A stretch of DNA of 39,833 nucleotides. It comes from Candidatus Nanopelagicales bacterium. GTDB taxonomy: Bacteria > Actinomycetota > Actinomycetes > S36-B12 > UBA10799. The position numbers and the translations under genes were made by a program. Where the stretch lies: the NCBI GenBank assembly GCA_030157755.1, contig JAOAUD010000156.1, positions 1 to 39,833 of the forward strand. Reading direction: 5' to 3'. Of this stretch, positions 21,463 to 31,675 are shown in pieces. How positions within the stretch are numbered: the stretch's first letter is position 1; each line of letters starts with the position of its first letter. Below the pieces are notes generated by a model that was not told where the DNA came from, did not search any database, and saw only the letters and a list, made by a program, of their open reading frames with translations.

Positions 21463-23066
21463 AGCGGGATGTTTCCGTGCTTCTTCGGCGGCAGTGTTTC
21501 GCGCTTGTTGCGCAGTGCCCGCAGTGCCAGGACAACCTGCTTGCGCGTCTCGTGTGGCTCAATGACGCGGTCCACGTACCCGCGCTCCGCTGCCAGGTAC
21601 GGATTCGCCAATTCGTCGTCGTACTCGACCAGCAGGCGGGCGCGCTCGACCTCGGGATCGTCGGCAGCTTTTAGTTCCTTGCGGTACAGGATGTTGACCG
21701 CACCCTGCGCACCCATCACGGCAATTTGGGCAGTTGGCCAGGCCAGCGAGATGTCGCCACCGAGGTGTTTTGACCCCATGACGTCGTACGCGCCCCCGTA
21801 CGCCTTGCGGGTGATGACGGTGACCTTCGGAACGGTCGCCTCGCAGTACGCGTAGATCAGTTTTGCGCCACGACGGATGATGCCGTTCCATTCCTGATCC
21901 GTTCCCGGCAGGAAGCCCGGGACGTCCACAAACGTCAGGACCGGAACGTTGAACGCATCGCAGGTGCGCACGAAGCGGGACGCCTTCTCAGAAGCATCGA
22001 TGTCGAGCGTGCCGGCAAACTGCATTGGTTGGTTGGCAACGATTCCGACTGGACGACCTTCGACACGACCGAATCCGGTGAGCAGATTTGGTGCCCACAG
22101 CGCCTGAACTTCGAGGAAGTCGCCTTCGTCAACGACGGCCTCAATGACGGTGTGCATGTCGTACGGCTGGTTCATCGAATCGGGGATGAACGTGTCCAGC
22201 GCGAGGTCCTCTTCGGAGGGCTCGAGATCGGCCTCGACGTCATCGGCCGGTGGCATTTCGGCGTTGTTGCTCGGCAGGAAGGACAGCAGCGACTTGACGT
22301 AGTCGAGCGCATCCTCTTCGTCAGCGCCGAGGTAGTGAGCAACGCCCGACTTACTGTTGTGGGTGTGAGCGCCACCGAGTTCTTCGAATCCGACATCTTC
22401 ACCGGTGACGGTCTTGATGACATCCGGACCGGTGATGAACATGTGGGAGGTTTTGTCGACCATCACGATGAAGTCGGTAATGGCCGGGGAGTAGACAGCG
22501 CCACCCGCGCACGGCCCCATGATCAGCGAAATCTGCGGGATCACACCGGAAGCGTGAACGTTGCGCAAGAAGATGTCGCCGTACTTCGCCAGCGACACAA
22601 CACCTTCCTGAATTCGGGCGCCACCGGAGTCGTTGATTCCGATCACGGGAACGCCGGTCTTCATTGCAAGGTCCATGACCTTGACGATTTTCTCGCCGAA
22701 GACCTCACCGAGGCTTCCGCCGAACACGGTGAAGTCTTGGGCGAAGACGCAGATAGGGCGGCCGTCGATCGTGCCGTAACCAGTAACAACGCCGTCGCCG
22801 AATGGCCGCGTCTCGTCCAAGCCGAAGGCGGTGCTGCGGTGACGTGCGAGGGCATCGAGTTCGACGAATGAGTCGTCGTCGAGCAGCGTCAAGATGCGCT
22901 CGCGCGCGGTCATCTTGCCTTTTTTGTGCTGTTTGGCGATGGCCTTTTCGGTGCCCGGATTCTCGGCTGCCTTGTTGCGCCGCTGGAGCTCAGCGAGCTT
23001 GCCAGCCGTCGTATGGGGGTCTGGTGCGTTCACATCAGTGGCTTCTACATCAGGCTGAGCAGTCAT
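21459..23066 (-). CDS. accD5: acyl-CoA (propionyl-CoA) carboxylase carboxyltransferase beta subunit
   Basis: N-terminus ...[15 protein letters not shown]...GKMTARERI.., typical of AccD5/PccB. ATG 23066 has AAGGGGAAG upstream; the extension to 23195 overlaps birA. Confidence 0.93.
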   Translation of the reverse strand: MTAQPDVEATDVNAPDPHTTAGKLAELQRRNKAAENPGTEKAIAKQHKKGKMTARERILTLLDDDSFVELDALARHRSTAFGLDETRPFGDGVVTGYGTIDGRPICVFAQDFTVFGGSLGEVFGEKIVKVMDLAMKTGVPVIGINDSGGARIQEGVVSLAKYGDIFLRNVHASGVIPQISLIMGPCAGGAVYSPAITDFIVMVDKTSHMFITGPDVIKTVTGEDVGFEELGGAHTHNSKSGVAHYLGADEEDALDYVKSLLSFLPSNNAEMPPADDVEADLEPSEEDLALDTFIPDSMNQPYDMHTVIEAVVDEGDFLEVQALWAPNLLTGFGRVEGRPVGIVANQPMQFAGTLDIDASEKASRFVRTCDAFNVPVLTFVDVPGFLPGTDQEWNGIIRRGAKLIYAYCEATVPKVTVITRKAYGGAYDVMGSKHLGGDISLAWPTAQIAVMGAQGAVNILYRKELKAADDPEVERARLLVEYDDELANPYLAAERGYVDRVIEPHETRKQVVLALRALRNKRETLPPKKHGNIPL

Positions 23067-23126
23067 TCTTCCCCTTGGGTTGGCAGCGCGAACTAGTGCT
23101 TCAAGCGTCATAGGTACGGTAGCAAC

Positions 23127-23960
23127 GTGCCCGCGCCAGCAAATCCTGCATCCCCGCTCACGGCGCCCGCCATCATCAATGCGTTTACGTCTCATGGCCT
23201 TGAGCTACCCGCGCCAACGGTTTTCGACACGATTGCCTCGACCAACGACGAGGCACTTGTCCAGGCGTCGGCGGGGGCACCTGAATGGACCGTTGTGGTT
23301 GCTGATCGCCAGAGCGCGGGCCGGGGCCGACTCAGTCGATCATGGGAAACCCCAGCTGGCAGAGGCCTTCTATTCTCGGTGATTCTTCGCCCCGACCCGG
23401 TCTGGTCGGCAGCATCCCTGGGATGGATCCCATTGATTGCTGGCCTCGCCACGAGTCGGGCATGCGGCGCCCACGATGTTGCATGCCGCCTCAAATGGCC
23501 GAATGACGTGGTGATCGACGCAGCTGCGTATGACGGGTCGCCTGGTCCACGCAAACTGGCGGGGATCCTCGCGGAGCGTCGTAGTGAGGCTGTGGTTGTG
23601 GGCATCGGGATCAACGTTTCCCACGCACAAGCAGAACTCCCCATTCCTGCGGCAACATCACTTGCGCTCGAGGGTTCTGGTTGCGACCGCGCGCAGTTGT
23701 TGGCGCAGTGCCTGCAGGTGTGGGGCGAGTTGTGGAATCGATTTCGACTTGGCGGCGGCGATGCGGACTCCAGTGGAATTCGAAGTGAGTACCTCGCCGA
23801 AAGCCTGACGATCGGCCGACGGGTGCGAGTTGATCTCGGTGGAGGCGCGCCCCTCGTCGGTGAGGCCGTTGATATCGATCATGAAGGCCGGTTGATCGTC
23901 GATGGACCATTCGGACTGCGAACGGTTTCGGCCGGCGATGTCACGCACCTTCGCCATTGA
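23127..23960 (+). CDS. birA: biotin--[acetyl-CoA-carboxylase] ligase (group I, no HTH)
   Basis: [14 protein letters not shown] (GRGRxGRxW) motif, 277 aa, divergent from accD5. Confidence 0.9.
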   Translation: MPAPANPASPLTAPAIINAFTSHGLELPAPTVFDTIASTNDEALVQASAGAPEWTVVVADRQSAGRGRLSRSWETPAGRGLLFSVILRPDPVWSAASLGWIPLIAGLATSRACGAHDVACRLKWPNDVVIDAAAYDGSPGPRKLAGILAERRSEAVVVGIGINVSHAQAELPIPAATSLALEGSGCDRAQLLAQCLQVWGELWNRFRLGGGDADSSGIRSEYLAESLTIGRRVRVDLGGGAPLVGEAVDIDHEGRLIVDGPFGLRTVSAGDVTHLRH

Positions 23961-23969
23961 GTTGGTGGC

Positions 23970-23995
23970 GGAAGGTTCGCAATGGCGAACCTTCC
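23970..23995 (+). terminator. perfect 11-bp stem hairpin GGAAGGTTCGC-aatg-GCGAACCTTCC after birA
   Basis: Starts 10 nt after the birA stop (23958-23960). No U-tract, as is common in GC-rich actinobacteria. Confidence 0.5.
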
Positions 23996-24096
23996 CGGGC
24001 GGATCAATGGGCGAAACCGTGATCACTTTCTGTGAATAGCGGCCAATTCGGTTGTTCGTGACAAACCCATGCCCGCAGTTCTGCCACGATTAGCAG

Positions 24097-24657
24097 GTGA
24101 GGTCATCTCGAGCCAGCGTAGTTGCCAACGAGCAGCTCATCGCCGAGGTGCGCCGACATGAGCTCGGCCTCATGGGCATCGCAGTCCGGTTGGCCATATT
24201 TGTGGGCTTGGCTGGCGCCCTGTGGGCGGTGATCGAGGTCTGGCTGCCACCCAAGTCACTATGGGTGTCAGCGTCTAAGTGGACCGTTGGTGTTGTGGTG
24301 GGGCTCATCGTGATCTTCAGTGTGGGTAGGCGGTTCGCGGGCTGGGCAAATGCGCGCATGGAACTCACTGACCAAAGAATTCGAATTAGATACCGACTGC
24401 GAAAAGCTGGTTGGGACATCCCTTTACTGAGTATCGTCGAGGTCACATACGTTTCTGGACCGATTCAGCGTTTGTTTGGGGTGGGGGTCTTGCGGGTGCA
24501 AACCAGTTTCGCGCCGCTACCGGCGTTCATGCTCGACGTTGCGGACGCCAAACAACTGCATCACGACATCTTGGTGCTGCGCAATCAGGCGTGGGATCGG
24601 CATGTTCGTAGCTACAACCAGGCCGGACCCTCCGGCCAGCTTCGCGCTGCCTCATGA
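24097..24657 (+). CDS. PH-domain (bPH_2 / YdbS-like) membrane protein
   Basis: Two TM helices followed by ...MELTDQRIRIRYRLRKAGWDIPLLSIVEVTY...GVGVLRVQT, typical of bacterial PH domains. Same position next to birA as Mtb Rv3278c. Confidence 0.7.
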   Translation: MRSSRASVVANEQLIAEVRRHELGLMGIAVRLAIFVGLAGALWAVIEVWLPPKSLWVSASKWTVGVVVGLIVIFSVGRRFAGWANARMELTDQRIRIRYRLRKAGWDIPLLSIVEVTYVSGPIQRLFGVGVLRVQTSFAPLPAFMLDVADAKQLHHDILVLRNQAWDRHVRSYNQAGPSGQLRAAS

Positions 24658-25916
24658 CTGAGGGCTTAGACACGGCCCAAGCACCGCAGCAGCCTGCAGT
24701 CAAGGTTCCTGCGGAGAAGAAGTCTGCGGCGAAGAAGGCCCCTGCGAAGAAGGTAGCTGCGAAGAAAGCACCCGCCAAGAAAGCCGTTGCCAAGAAGGCC
24801 GCAGCCAAGAAGGCCGTTGCGAAGAAGGCCGTTGCGAAGAAAGCCGCAGCCAAGAAGGCCGTTGCGAAGAAAGCGGTTGCGAGGGTGAGGCTGCCCGCAG
24901 CGCAGCACGTATCTGCAGAACGACCTGCGGGATCATTGGATGACTTCGTCGAATTCGTCTTGGGTTCTGCACCAGAGTTGACCAGTCGGCAGGTAGCGCA
25001 GCTTGCAGGAGTGTCCGAGGAAGTCACGCGCGCGCTGTGGCGGGCCATGGGATTCGCGGATGTGGGTGGCGAAGCCGAGTTTGCGATGGCCGATGTCGAG
25101 GCATTACGTGCGCTGATGGCCCTAGTGGATGCGGGTTATGTCTCGTACGAGGAATCGATCGAGTTGGTCCGGGCGATCGGGCAGCACACCTCACGGCTAG
25201 CCGAGTGGCAGGGAAACATCATCGCCCGCTCATTGATTGAACGAGGTGTGATCGCGCAACATGGTGTCCTCGAGGCTGACGACATCGGCGCGCTGCTGGC
25301 GGATTCGCGTGCATACAAGCCGGTGCTGGAGGAGTTGATGCTCTACTCCTGGCGCCGCCAAATGAGTCACAACGCAGCGCGAGCCGCAGCGATCGCAGAA
25401 GTTGGCCCAGAGGCACGGACCGACTCGATGACTGTCGGCTTTGCGGATCTTGCTGGATTCACGAGGCTCTCTCGTCAGATACCCGAAGAAGACCTCGCGG
25501 TTTTGGTGCAGTCATTCGAGAGTGTGAGCGCCGATGTCGTCGCTGCCGAGGGGGCTCGGCTGATCAAGACCTTGGGTGACGAAGTCCTTTTTGTTCATGA
25601 GTCACCACGAAAGATCGCAGCGATCGCAGTTGAACTGCACGAAGCGCACCGCGGGAACCATGACGTGCCGAAGATGCGCATAGGGCTCGCGACAGGGCCA
25701 GTGCTGTTGCGAATGGGCGACGTTTTCGGCACCACAGTCAATCGGGCAAGCCGTTTGACTGCAATGGCGAAGCCAGGCTCCACGTATGTGGATTCGGCAA
25801 CACTTGATGAACTCGAACATCTTGAGCAGTTTTCATTCAAGGGCGTTCGCCCTCGCCCGGCTCGCGGTTTCGGGTTGCTTCGGGCGTGGTCAATGGCAGC
25901 CGCCAGCACGTCCTAA
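24654..25916 (+). CDS. class III adenylate/guanylate cyclase with an Rv1264-type N-terminal regulatory domain and a Lys/Ala-rich histone-like tail
   Basis: Cyclase motifs VGFADLAGFT, IKTLGDEVLF, RIGLATGPV, GTTVNRASRL. The preceding helical region resembles the Rv1264/Rv2212 regulatory domain. Residues 26-75 are AKKAx x10. Confidence 0.85.
   Translation: MTEGLDTAQAPQQPAVKVPAEKKSAAKKAPAKKVAAKKAPAKKAVAKKAAAKKAVAKKAVAKKAAAKKAVAKKAVARVRLPAAQHVSAERPAGSLDDFVEFVLGSAPELTSRQVAQLAGVSEEVTRALWRAMGFADVGGEAEFAMADVEALRALMALVDAGYVSYEESIELVRAIGQHTSRLAEWQGNIIARSLIERGVIAQHGVLEADDIGALLADSRAYKPVLEELMLYSWRRQMSHNAARAAAIAEVGPEARTDSMTVGFADLAGFTRLSRQIPEEDLAVLVQSFESVSADVVAAEGARLIKTLGDEVLFVHESPRKIAAIAVELHEAHRGNHDVPKMRIGLATGPVLLRMGDVFGTTVNRASRLTAMAKPGSTYVDSATLDELEHLEQFSFKGVRPRPARGFGLLRAWSMAAASTS
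24729..24878 (+). repeat. in-frame tandem repeat, 10 x 15 nt (GCS AAG AAR GYN NNN) encoding AKKAx
   Basis: Counted directly from the sequence. Preceded by one degenerate unit (AEKKSA). Confidence 0.9.
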
Positions 25917-26007
25917 CGGCCCGCAGTGGCCGCGGCCGCACCACCAATGCGTAGGCTTCGCCGAGATTTGAATCCACCGCGAAGGCGCGTTCACAAGGGG
26001 TCCATTC

Positions 26008-27534
26008 ATGCCGAACCATCCTCCAGTCAGCGAACTACGCAAGCAGGTCACCGCCGGTGGCGCCGCCAGATATCACGAGGCGAACGCTGCTCGGGGCAAG
26101 TTGTTCGCTCGTGACCGAATCGCTGCCTTGGTCGATGCGGGGTCATTCGTTGAAGACGGCCAACTCGCGAACGTGATGGCCGGTGACCTGCCCAGCGACG
26201 GTGTCATCACCGGGACCGCCATGATCGCGGGGCGTCCAGTTGCTTTGATGGCGAACGATTCCACCGTGAAGGCCGGCTCTTGGGGAGCGCGGACTGTTGA
26301 GAAGATCATTCGGATCATCGAGCGCGCCTACGAGTTGTCGATCCCGATGGTGTGGCTCGTGGATTCCGCCGGTGCCCGAATTACGGATCAGGTTGACCTG
26401 TTTCCTGGCCGCAGGGGTGCGGGAAAGATCTTCTGGAACCAGGTGCGGGCATCCGGATCGATTCCCCAAGTCTGCGCATTGTTCGGCCCGAGTGCTGCCG
26501 GTGGCGCTTACATTCCGGCGTTCTGCGACATCGTGGTCATGGTCGAAGGAAACGCCTCCATGTACCTCGGATCTGACCGCATGGTCGAAATGGTGACGGG
26601 CGAAAGGACAACCCTCGAGGCGATGGGTGGCGCGAAGGTCCACACCAGTGAGAGCGGAGTCGGGCACGTCCTGGTCAAGACTGAGGAAGCCGCCCTCGAC
26701 ACCGTGAAGCAGTACTTGTCGTACCTGCCGCAGAACTGGCAGCAACTGCCCCCAGTTGCCGAGCCGAGCGCTCCGGAGGACATCGACCTGCGTGCGCTGG
26801 TCCCCGAAAGTGAGCGCCAGGCCTTCGATATGCGTCGCTATATCCGCGGGCTTGCAGATGAAGGCTCATTCTTCGAGATCCACAAGGGATGGGCGCGCGA
26901 ACTAGTTGTCGGTTTCGCCCGACTCGACGGCAAGGTCGTTGGACTCGTTGCCAACAATCCGATGTTCAAGGGCGGGGTGTTATTCGTCGATTCGGCCGAC
27001 AAGGCAACCCGATTCATCCAGTTGTGCGATGCCTTCAACGTTCCGCTGATCTTCCTCTCTGACGTCCCTGGCTTCATGGTGGGCACTGCCGTTGAGAAGC
27101 AAGGCATCATTCGCCACGGTGCAAAGATGATCACCGCTGTCAGTGAGGCGACCGTCCCGAAGTTCTGTGTGGTGGTCCGAAAGGCATATGGGGCCGGGTT
27201 GTATGCGATGGCGGGTCCAGGGTTCGCGCCGGATGCAACCATCGCCTTGCCGACGGCCAAGATCGCGGTCATGGGAGCCGAAGCGGCTATCAACGCCGTT
27301 TACGCGAACAAGATCGCCGCAATCGAAGATGAGGCGGAACGAGAGGCTTTCGTCGCAGCCAAGCGTGAGGAGTACGAAGAGGACATCGATGTCGTGCGGC
27401 TCGCCAGCGAGCTCGTAATTGACGCGATCATCGAGCCGGAAGACTTGCGCAGCGAACTCATCCTGCGAATTGCCGCCGCCGCGACGAAGAACCGCGACTT
27501 CTCCCGCCGCCGTCATGGAGTCACCCCGGTTTAG
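26008..27534 (+). CDS. acyl-CoA carboxylase carboxyltransferase beta subunit (second paralogue, AccD1/MCCase-beta-like)
   Basis: 508 aa: ...ARGKLFARDRIAALVDAGSFVE..., two crotonase-like CT halves, AAGGGG SD. Confidence 0.9.
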   Translation: MPNHPPVSELRKQVTAGGAARYHEANAARGKLFARDRIAALVDAGSFVEDGQLANVMAGDLPSDGVITGTAMIAGRPVALMANDSTVKAGSWGARTVEKIIRIIERAYELSIPMVWLVDSAGARITDQVDLFPGRRGAGKIFWNQVRASGSIPQVCALFGPSAAGGAYIPAFCDIVVMVEGNASMYLGSDRMVEMVTGERTTLEAMGGAKVHTSESGVGHVLVKTEEAALDTVKQYLSYLPQNWQQLPPVAEPSAPEDIDLRALVPESERQAFDMRRYIRGLADEGSFFEIHKGWARELVVGFARLDGKVVGLVANNPMFKGGVLFVDSADKATRFIQLCDAFNVPLIFLSDVPGFMVGTAVEKQGIIRHGAKMITAVSEATVPKFCVVVRKAYGAGLYAMAGPGFAPDATIALPTAKIAVMGAEAAINAVYANKIAAIEDEAEREAFVAAKREEYEEDIDVVRLASELVIDAIIEPEDLRSELILRIAAAATKNRDFSRRRHGVTPV

Positions 27535-27628
27535 CCGGTCCCCACGCAGGATTGGGGCGATCTGCAGCCTTCTAGCGACGGTAGACCGCCACAATGCTGG
27601 GTGGAAGCCCGCTGAACGGGCAGATAGA

Positions 27629-28159
27629 TCAGATCTCGGAGAGCTGGACGATCTCTTTGTCGCTGACTTCGGATTCTTCTGGGAAGACCCACTTGCGGTA
27701 GGACCAGAAGCGGAAGATTGTTCCCAGCGCCAAGCCAATGACGTTCGCGCTGATGTTGTCCGCGATGACGGAGTCAAAACCGAGTGCGTAGTGGGTGAAC
27801 CACAAACAACCCAGCGCGATCCCCATGCCGATGATGTTCAGGACGAAGAACAGCACGTATTCGCGGCGGTATGAGGTTCGACCGCGGTCCCGGAATGTCC
27901 AGAAACGGTTGCCGAAGTATGCGAACGTCGTCGCCGCCGTCACCGAGATGACCTTCGCGGTCAGCGGCTTGGAGGCAAACATGCTGCTGTCGGCAAGAAG
28001 CAGGAGGTTGAACAGGCCCACGTCGATGACCAGTGCCATCAATCCAATAACGCCGAACTTCGCGGCCTCGGAGAGGATTTTTTCAAACTTCACGCGTAAA
28101 ACAGCCACCGTGGTTGCGATCCGACCGCGGGGCTGTGGCTGAACAGAAGTTTGGGTCAT
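27629..28159 (-). CDS. GtrA family membrane protein
   Basis: 176 aa, four TM helices, KFGVIGLMALVIDVGLFNLL and FWSYRKWVF motifs typical of GtrA-like proteins. Confidence 0.8.
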   Translation of the reverse strand: MTQTSVQPQPRGRIATTVAVLRVKFEKILSEAAKFGVIGLMALVIDVGLFNLLLLADSSMFASKPLTAKVISVTAATTFAYFGNRFWTFRDRGRTSYRREYVLFFVLNIIGMGIALGCLWFTHYALGFDSVIADNISANVIGLALGTIFRFWSYRKWVFPEESEVSDKEIVQLSEI

Positions 28160-28318
28160 GTTTTTAGGTTACCCACCTCGTGCGAGGATTAGCGTCATCG
28201 TCAGGTGAGTCTGATCACCATGTCCTGTACATCGGTGATTGGGTACTCACTCCTTGTGCCCAGCGTAAGCCGATTGGGTGAAGAATTTCGGCGGTTCCGC
28301 CGTAAGTGAGGGAGAAAC

Positions 28319-29476
28319 GTGGACCTGAAGCTTTCAGCCGAGCATGAGGCGCTGCGAAAGACAGTTGAGCAGTTCGCCCGCGATGAAGTCGCCCCGGTCA
28401 TTGGTGACTATTACGCGCGGGGAGAGTTCCCCATGCCAATCGTCGAATCGATGGCCGACCTCGGCTTGTTCGGACTTCCCTTCCCGGAGGAATACGGCGG
28501 CATGGGCGGCGACTTCACGGCTTTGTGCGTCGCGCTTGAGGAACTTGCTCGCGTGGACTCATCCGTGGCGATCACCCTGGAAGCCGGGGTGTCGCTCGGT
28601 GCGATGCCCATCTACCGATTCGGTAGCGAGGAACTCAAGCGTGAATGGCTGCCCAAGCTGACCTCCGGCAAAATGCTCGGCGCCTTTGGCTTGACTGAAG
28701 CGGGCGCGGGATCGGATGCCGGCAGTACCCGCACCAAGGCCCAGTTGGTCGACGGGGAATGGGTGATCAATGGGTCGAAATCCTTCATCACAAACTCAGG
28801 AACACCGATCACCGGCCTGGTCACAGTCACCGCCGTGACTGGCGAAAATCCTGATGGCAGTAAGGAAATCTCCGCGATTCTGGTTCCGGCCGGAACGCCT
28901 GGCTTCACAGTCTCAAAGGAATACGACAAGGTCGGCTGGAACGCGTCAGACACCCATGAACTGTCGTTCGTCGACGTGCGGGTGCCGGAATCGAATCTGG
29001 TCGGGGAACGTGGTCGTGGCTATGCGCAGTTCCTACGGATCCTGGATGAGGGCCGCATCGCGATTGCTGCGCTGGCAACCGGTCTCGCGCAGGGCTGCGT
29101 CGACGAGTCAGTGAAGTACGCCAGCGAACGGGAAGCATTTGGTCGCCCGATCGGTGCGCACCAGGCTGTCTCTTTCATGATCGCCGACATGGAGATCCGC
29201 GCCTACACGTCCCGTCTGGCGTGGCGTGACGCTGCGGCCCGGATGGCCGCAGGCGAACCCTTCAAGCGCCAAGCTGCTATCGCGAAACTTCACTCATCCA
29301 ATGCCGCGATGGACAATTCGCGAGCCGCGACGCAGGTGCATGGTGGGTACGGCTTCACCATCGAATTCCCCGTCGGCCGTTTCTATCGAGACGCGAAAAT
29401 CCTGGAAATCGGTGAAGGTACTTCCGAGGTTCAGCGGATGTTGATTTCCCGTGACCTCGGTTTGCCGCAAAGATAG
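28319..29476 (+). CDS. acyl-CoA dehydrogenase (short/branched-chain type)
   Basis: GTG start with GAGGGAG SD. GLTEAGAGSD, ...RDAKILEIGEGTSEVQRMLISR. Confidence 0.9.
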   Translation: MDLKLSAEHEALRKTVEQFARDEVAPVIGDYYARGEFPMPIVESMADLGLFGLPFPEEYGGMGGDFTALCVALEELARVDSSVAITLEAGVSLGAMPIYRFGSEELKREWLPKLTSGKMLGAFGLTEAGAGSDAGSTRTKAQLVDGEWVINGSKSFITNSGTPITGLVTVTAVTGENPDGSKEISAILVPAGTPGFTVSKEYDKVGWNASDTHELSFVDVRVPESNLVGERGRGYAQFLRILDEGRIAIAALATGLAQGCVDESVKYASEREAFGRPIGAHQAVSFMIADMEIRAYTSRLAWRDAAARMAAGEPFKRQAAIAKLHSSNAAMDNSRAATQVHGGYGFTIEFPVGRFYRDAKILEIGEGTSEVQRMLISRDLGLPQR

Positions 29477-29480
29477 GCAC

Positions 29481-30488
29481 ATGTCGACGAGCTACGAAGT
29501 AACCCAGAGCCCGCATCCGGATTTCCCTGACCTGACTGCGTATACGTTAAGTGCGCCGACTGGGATCGCCGTCACGTTTGTCCCGGCCGCCGGGATGGTC
29601 GGGTCGTCACTGACCCACAACGGGGTGGAACTGCTGGGAATGCGGGCCGGCCTGGGCGCTTATCGGGAGTCCGGCAAGACATTCGGGATCCCGTTGCTCG
29701 CACCCTGGGCGAACCGCCTCGAGCACAAGCAATTCGGTGACGTGACCTTGGTGACAGACGGAACCCCTGGCGTACACCTCGATGGAAATGGGCTTCCCAT
29801 CCACGGGCTGCTCGCGGGTTGCCCGGATTGGAAGGTCACCCGCTCCGAAGCCGTTCAATATGGCGCTGGTGTGGCGAACGATCAGGTCGGATCGTGGCTC
29901 GTCGCAGAACTCGACTTCAACAGTGGCCGACCTGAATTCCCGGCGTTCCCGTTCCCGCATGTGCTGACCGTTTCGGTCCAGCTGCTCGATTCAACCGTGC
30001 GAATCTCAACCTCAGTGCGCCCAACATCGGATGCCGAGGTGCCGGTTGCATTTGGCTGGCATCCCTACTTCGCCCCGCCGGGTGGCGATCGACAGGACTG
30101 GACGGTCTGCAAGCCGTTCACGCATCACCTGGTCCTCGACGAACGATGTGTGCCAACGGGTGAAGTTGAGCGAGTGCCCGTCGAAGTCGATGTCCTCGGC
30201 GACCCGAGTCAGGGCGGGGTTGTGTTCGATGACCTCTTCGATGAGGTTCCTGTCGGCACGACTGCTTGGATTGAGGGAGGCCAGCATCGCATCACCCTGT
30301 CCTATGACGAGGGGTATTCGTACGCCGTCTTGTTCGCGCCACCGGACCAACCGCTTGTGGCGATTGAGCCGATGACGGCTCCGACTGACCCGCTGTCCGG
30401 GCACTTCCCGATCACGACCGCCAAACCGGGGGAGTCGTACTCGGCAACCTATGGAATTCACATCACCGAATCAGGGGTCTCTGCGTGA
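29481..30488 (+). CDS. aldose 1-epimerase family protein
   Basis: The ...GIPLLAPWANRL... and ..FGWHPYF.. motifs are typical of the galactose mutarotase-like fold. ATG 29481 was chosen over the overlapping GTG 29451. Confidence 0.7.
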   Translation: MSTSYEVTQSPHPDFPDLTAYTLSAPTGIAVTFVPAAGMVGSSLTHNGVELLGMRAGLGAYRESGKTFGIPLLAPWANRLEHKQFGDVTLVTDGTPGVHLDGNGLPIHGLLAGCPDWKVTRSEAVQYGAGVANDQVGSWLVAELDFNSGRPEFPAFPFPHVLTVSVQLLDSTVRISTSVRPTSDAEVPVAFGWHPYFAPPGGDRQDWTVCKPFTHHLVLDERCVPTGEVERVPVEVDVLGDPSQGGVVFDDLFDEVPVGTTAWIEGGQHRITLSYDEGYSYAVLFAPPDQPLVAIEPMTAPTDPLSGHFPITTAKPGESYSATYGIHITESGVSA

Positions 30489-31675
30489 GTTCAGCGTCAT
30501 CAGTCGATGACTTCCCAACGGTTGGGATCATCGGCGGAGGTCAGCTTGCACGGATGGCACAGCAGGCCGCAATTGCCTTGGGCATCAACATTCGCGTGCT
30601 GGCAGCGGCCGAGGGTGACAGCGCGGCCTTGGTGATCAATGACGTTCGGGTTGGCAACCACGACGATCCGCAGGCGGTTTTCGAATTCGCCGAGGGCGTC
30701 GACGTCGTCACGTTCGATCATGAACATGTCCCGCCGTCAATCCTGCGTGAGCTCCAGGCAAGCGGACTCTCAGTACGTCCCGGGCCGGATGCCTTGATAC
30801 ACGCGCAAGACAAGATCGCCATGCGTCGGGCGCTCACCGATGCCGGTTTGCCGTGCCCGTCGTGGGGTTCGATTGCAGCGGATGCGCCGGTCGAACAAAT
30901 GCGCGAAGCCCTCGCCGCGTTCGGCGAGAAGGTCCAGTGGCCGATCGTCCTGAAGACGTCCCGCGGAGGTTACGACGGCCGGGGAGTCTGGCTGGCGGAC
31001 ACCCTTGAAGAAGCGGTCTCGATCGTTGAAGGCAACCCCTTGGAATCGCCCGCGGCATGGCTTCTCGAAGAACGGGTCACCTTCCGCCGTGAACTTGCTG
31101 CTCAAATCGCCCGCTCACCACACGGACAGGCAGTTGCCTACCCGGTCGTGGAGACCGTGCAGACCGAGGGGATCTGTCGCGAAGTTATCGCCCCGGCTCC
31201 AGACCTTGATGCCGATCTCGCGATTGCGGCGCAGAGCATCGCGCTGCGGGTAGCCGACGTTGTCGGGGTGACCGGGATGCTTGCGGTGGAAATGTTCGAG
31301 ACCGCCGACGGCCTGTTGATCAACGAATTGGCTATGCGCCCTCACAATTCCGGGCATTGGTCGATCGACGGTGCGGTGACCTCACAATTCGAAAACCACT
31401 TGCGGGCTGTGTTGGATTTGCCTCTGGGGAGCCCGGCCGCGCGAGCGCCGTACTCGGTCATGGTCAACGTGATTGGAACCGACAAGGGCGATCTGTATTC
31501 GGCCTACCGACACGTCATGGCGCGTGATCCGCACTTGAAGGTTCACTTGTATGGCAAGACGCCACGTCGCGGGCGCAAACTTGGACATGTCACCGTGACA
31601 GGCGAGGATCTAGAGTCCCTCCGCGAGCGGGCGCACCACGCCGCCGACTACTTAGCAGGAGTCATCGATGAGTGA
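30485..31675 (+). CDS. purK: 5-(carboxyamino)imidazole ribonucleotide synthase
   Basis: [13 protein letters not shown]-terminus, ATP-grasp, [13 protein letters not shown] overlap with the upstream gene. Confidence 0.93.
   Translation: MSSASSVDDFPTVGIIGGGQLARMAQQAAIALGINIRVLAAAEGDSAALVINDVRVGNHDDPQAVFEFAEGVDVVTFDHEHVPPSILRELQASGLSVRPGPDALIHAQDKIAMRRALTDAGLPCPSWGSIAADAPVEQMREALAAFGEKVQWPIVLKTSRGGYDGRGVWLADTLEEAVSIVEGNPLESPAAWLLEERVTFRRELAAQIARSPHGQAVAYPVVETVQTEGICREVIAPAPDLDADLAIAAQSIALRVADVVGVTGMLAVEMFETADGLLINELAMRPHNSGHWSIDGAVTSQFENHLRAVLDLPLGSPAARAPYSVMVNVIGTDKGDLYSAYRHVMARDPHLKVHLYGKTPRRGRKLGHVTVTGEDLESLRERAHHAADYLAGVIDE

Noticed and set aside
22029-22871. 280-aa plus-strand ORF
   Set aside because: Antisense to accD5; a GC-rich shadow ORF.
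23067-23195. N-terminal extension of the accD5 ORF to 23195
   Set aside because: It would overlap birA and remove the divergent promoter region. ATG 23066 has a good SD and matches the usual AccD5 N-terminus.
24729-24878. Possibility that the 15-nt repeat tract is a CRISPR-like or minisatellite element
   Set aside because: There are no spacers. The repeats are contiguous, in frame and codon-structured inside a CDS.
24527-25048. Three minus-strand ORFs (173, 80 and 90 aa) with FFA/LLR repeats
   Set aside because: They are mirror images of the AKKAx tandem repeat in the cyclase gene, not independent genes.
26980-27777. 265-aa minus-strand ORF spanning the accD-like 3' end, the intergenic region and the GtrA 3' end
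   Set aside because: It overlaps two well-supported genes in other frames or strands, has an Arg/Ser-rich low-complexity composition, and has no SD.
28201-28401. 66-aa minus-strand ORF in the GtrA / acyl-CoA dehydrogenase divergent region
   Set aside because: It overlaps the start of the acyl-CoA dehydrogenase gene and has no SD or recognisable features.
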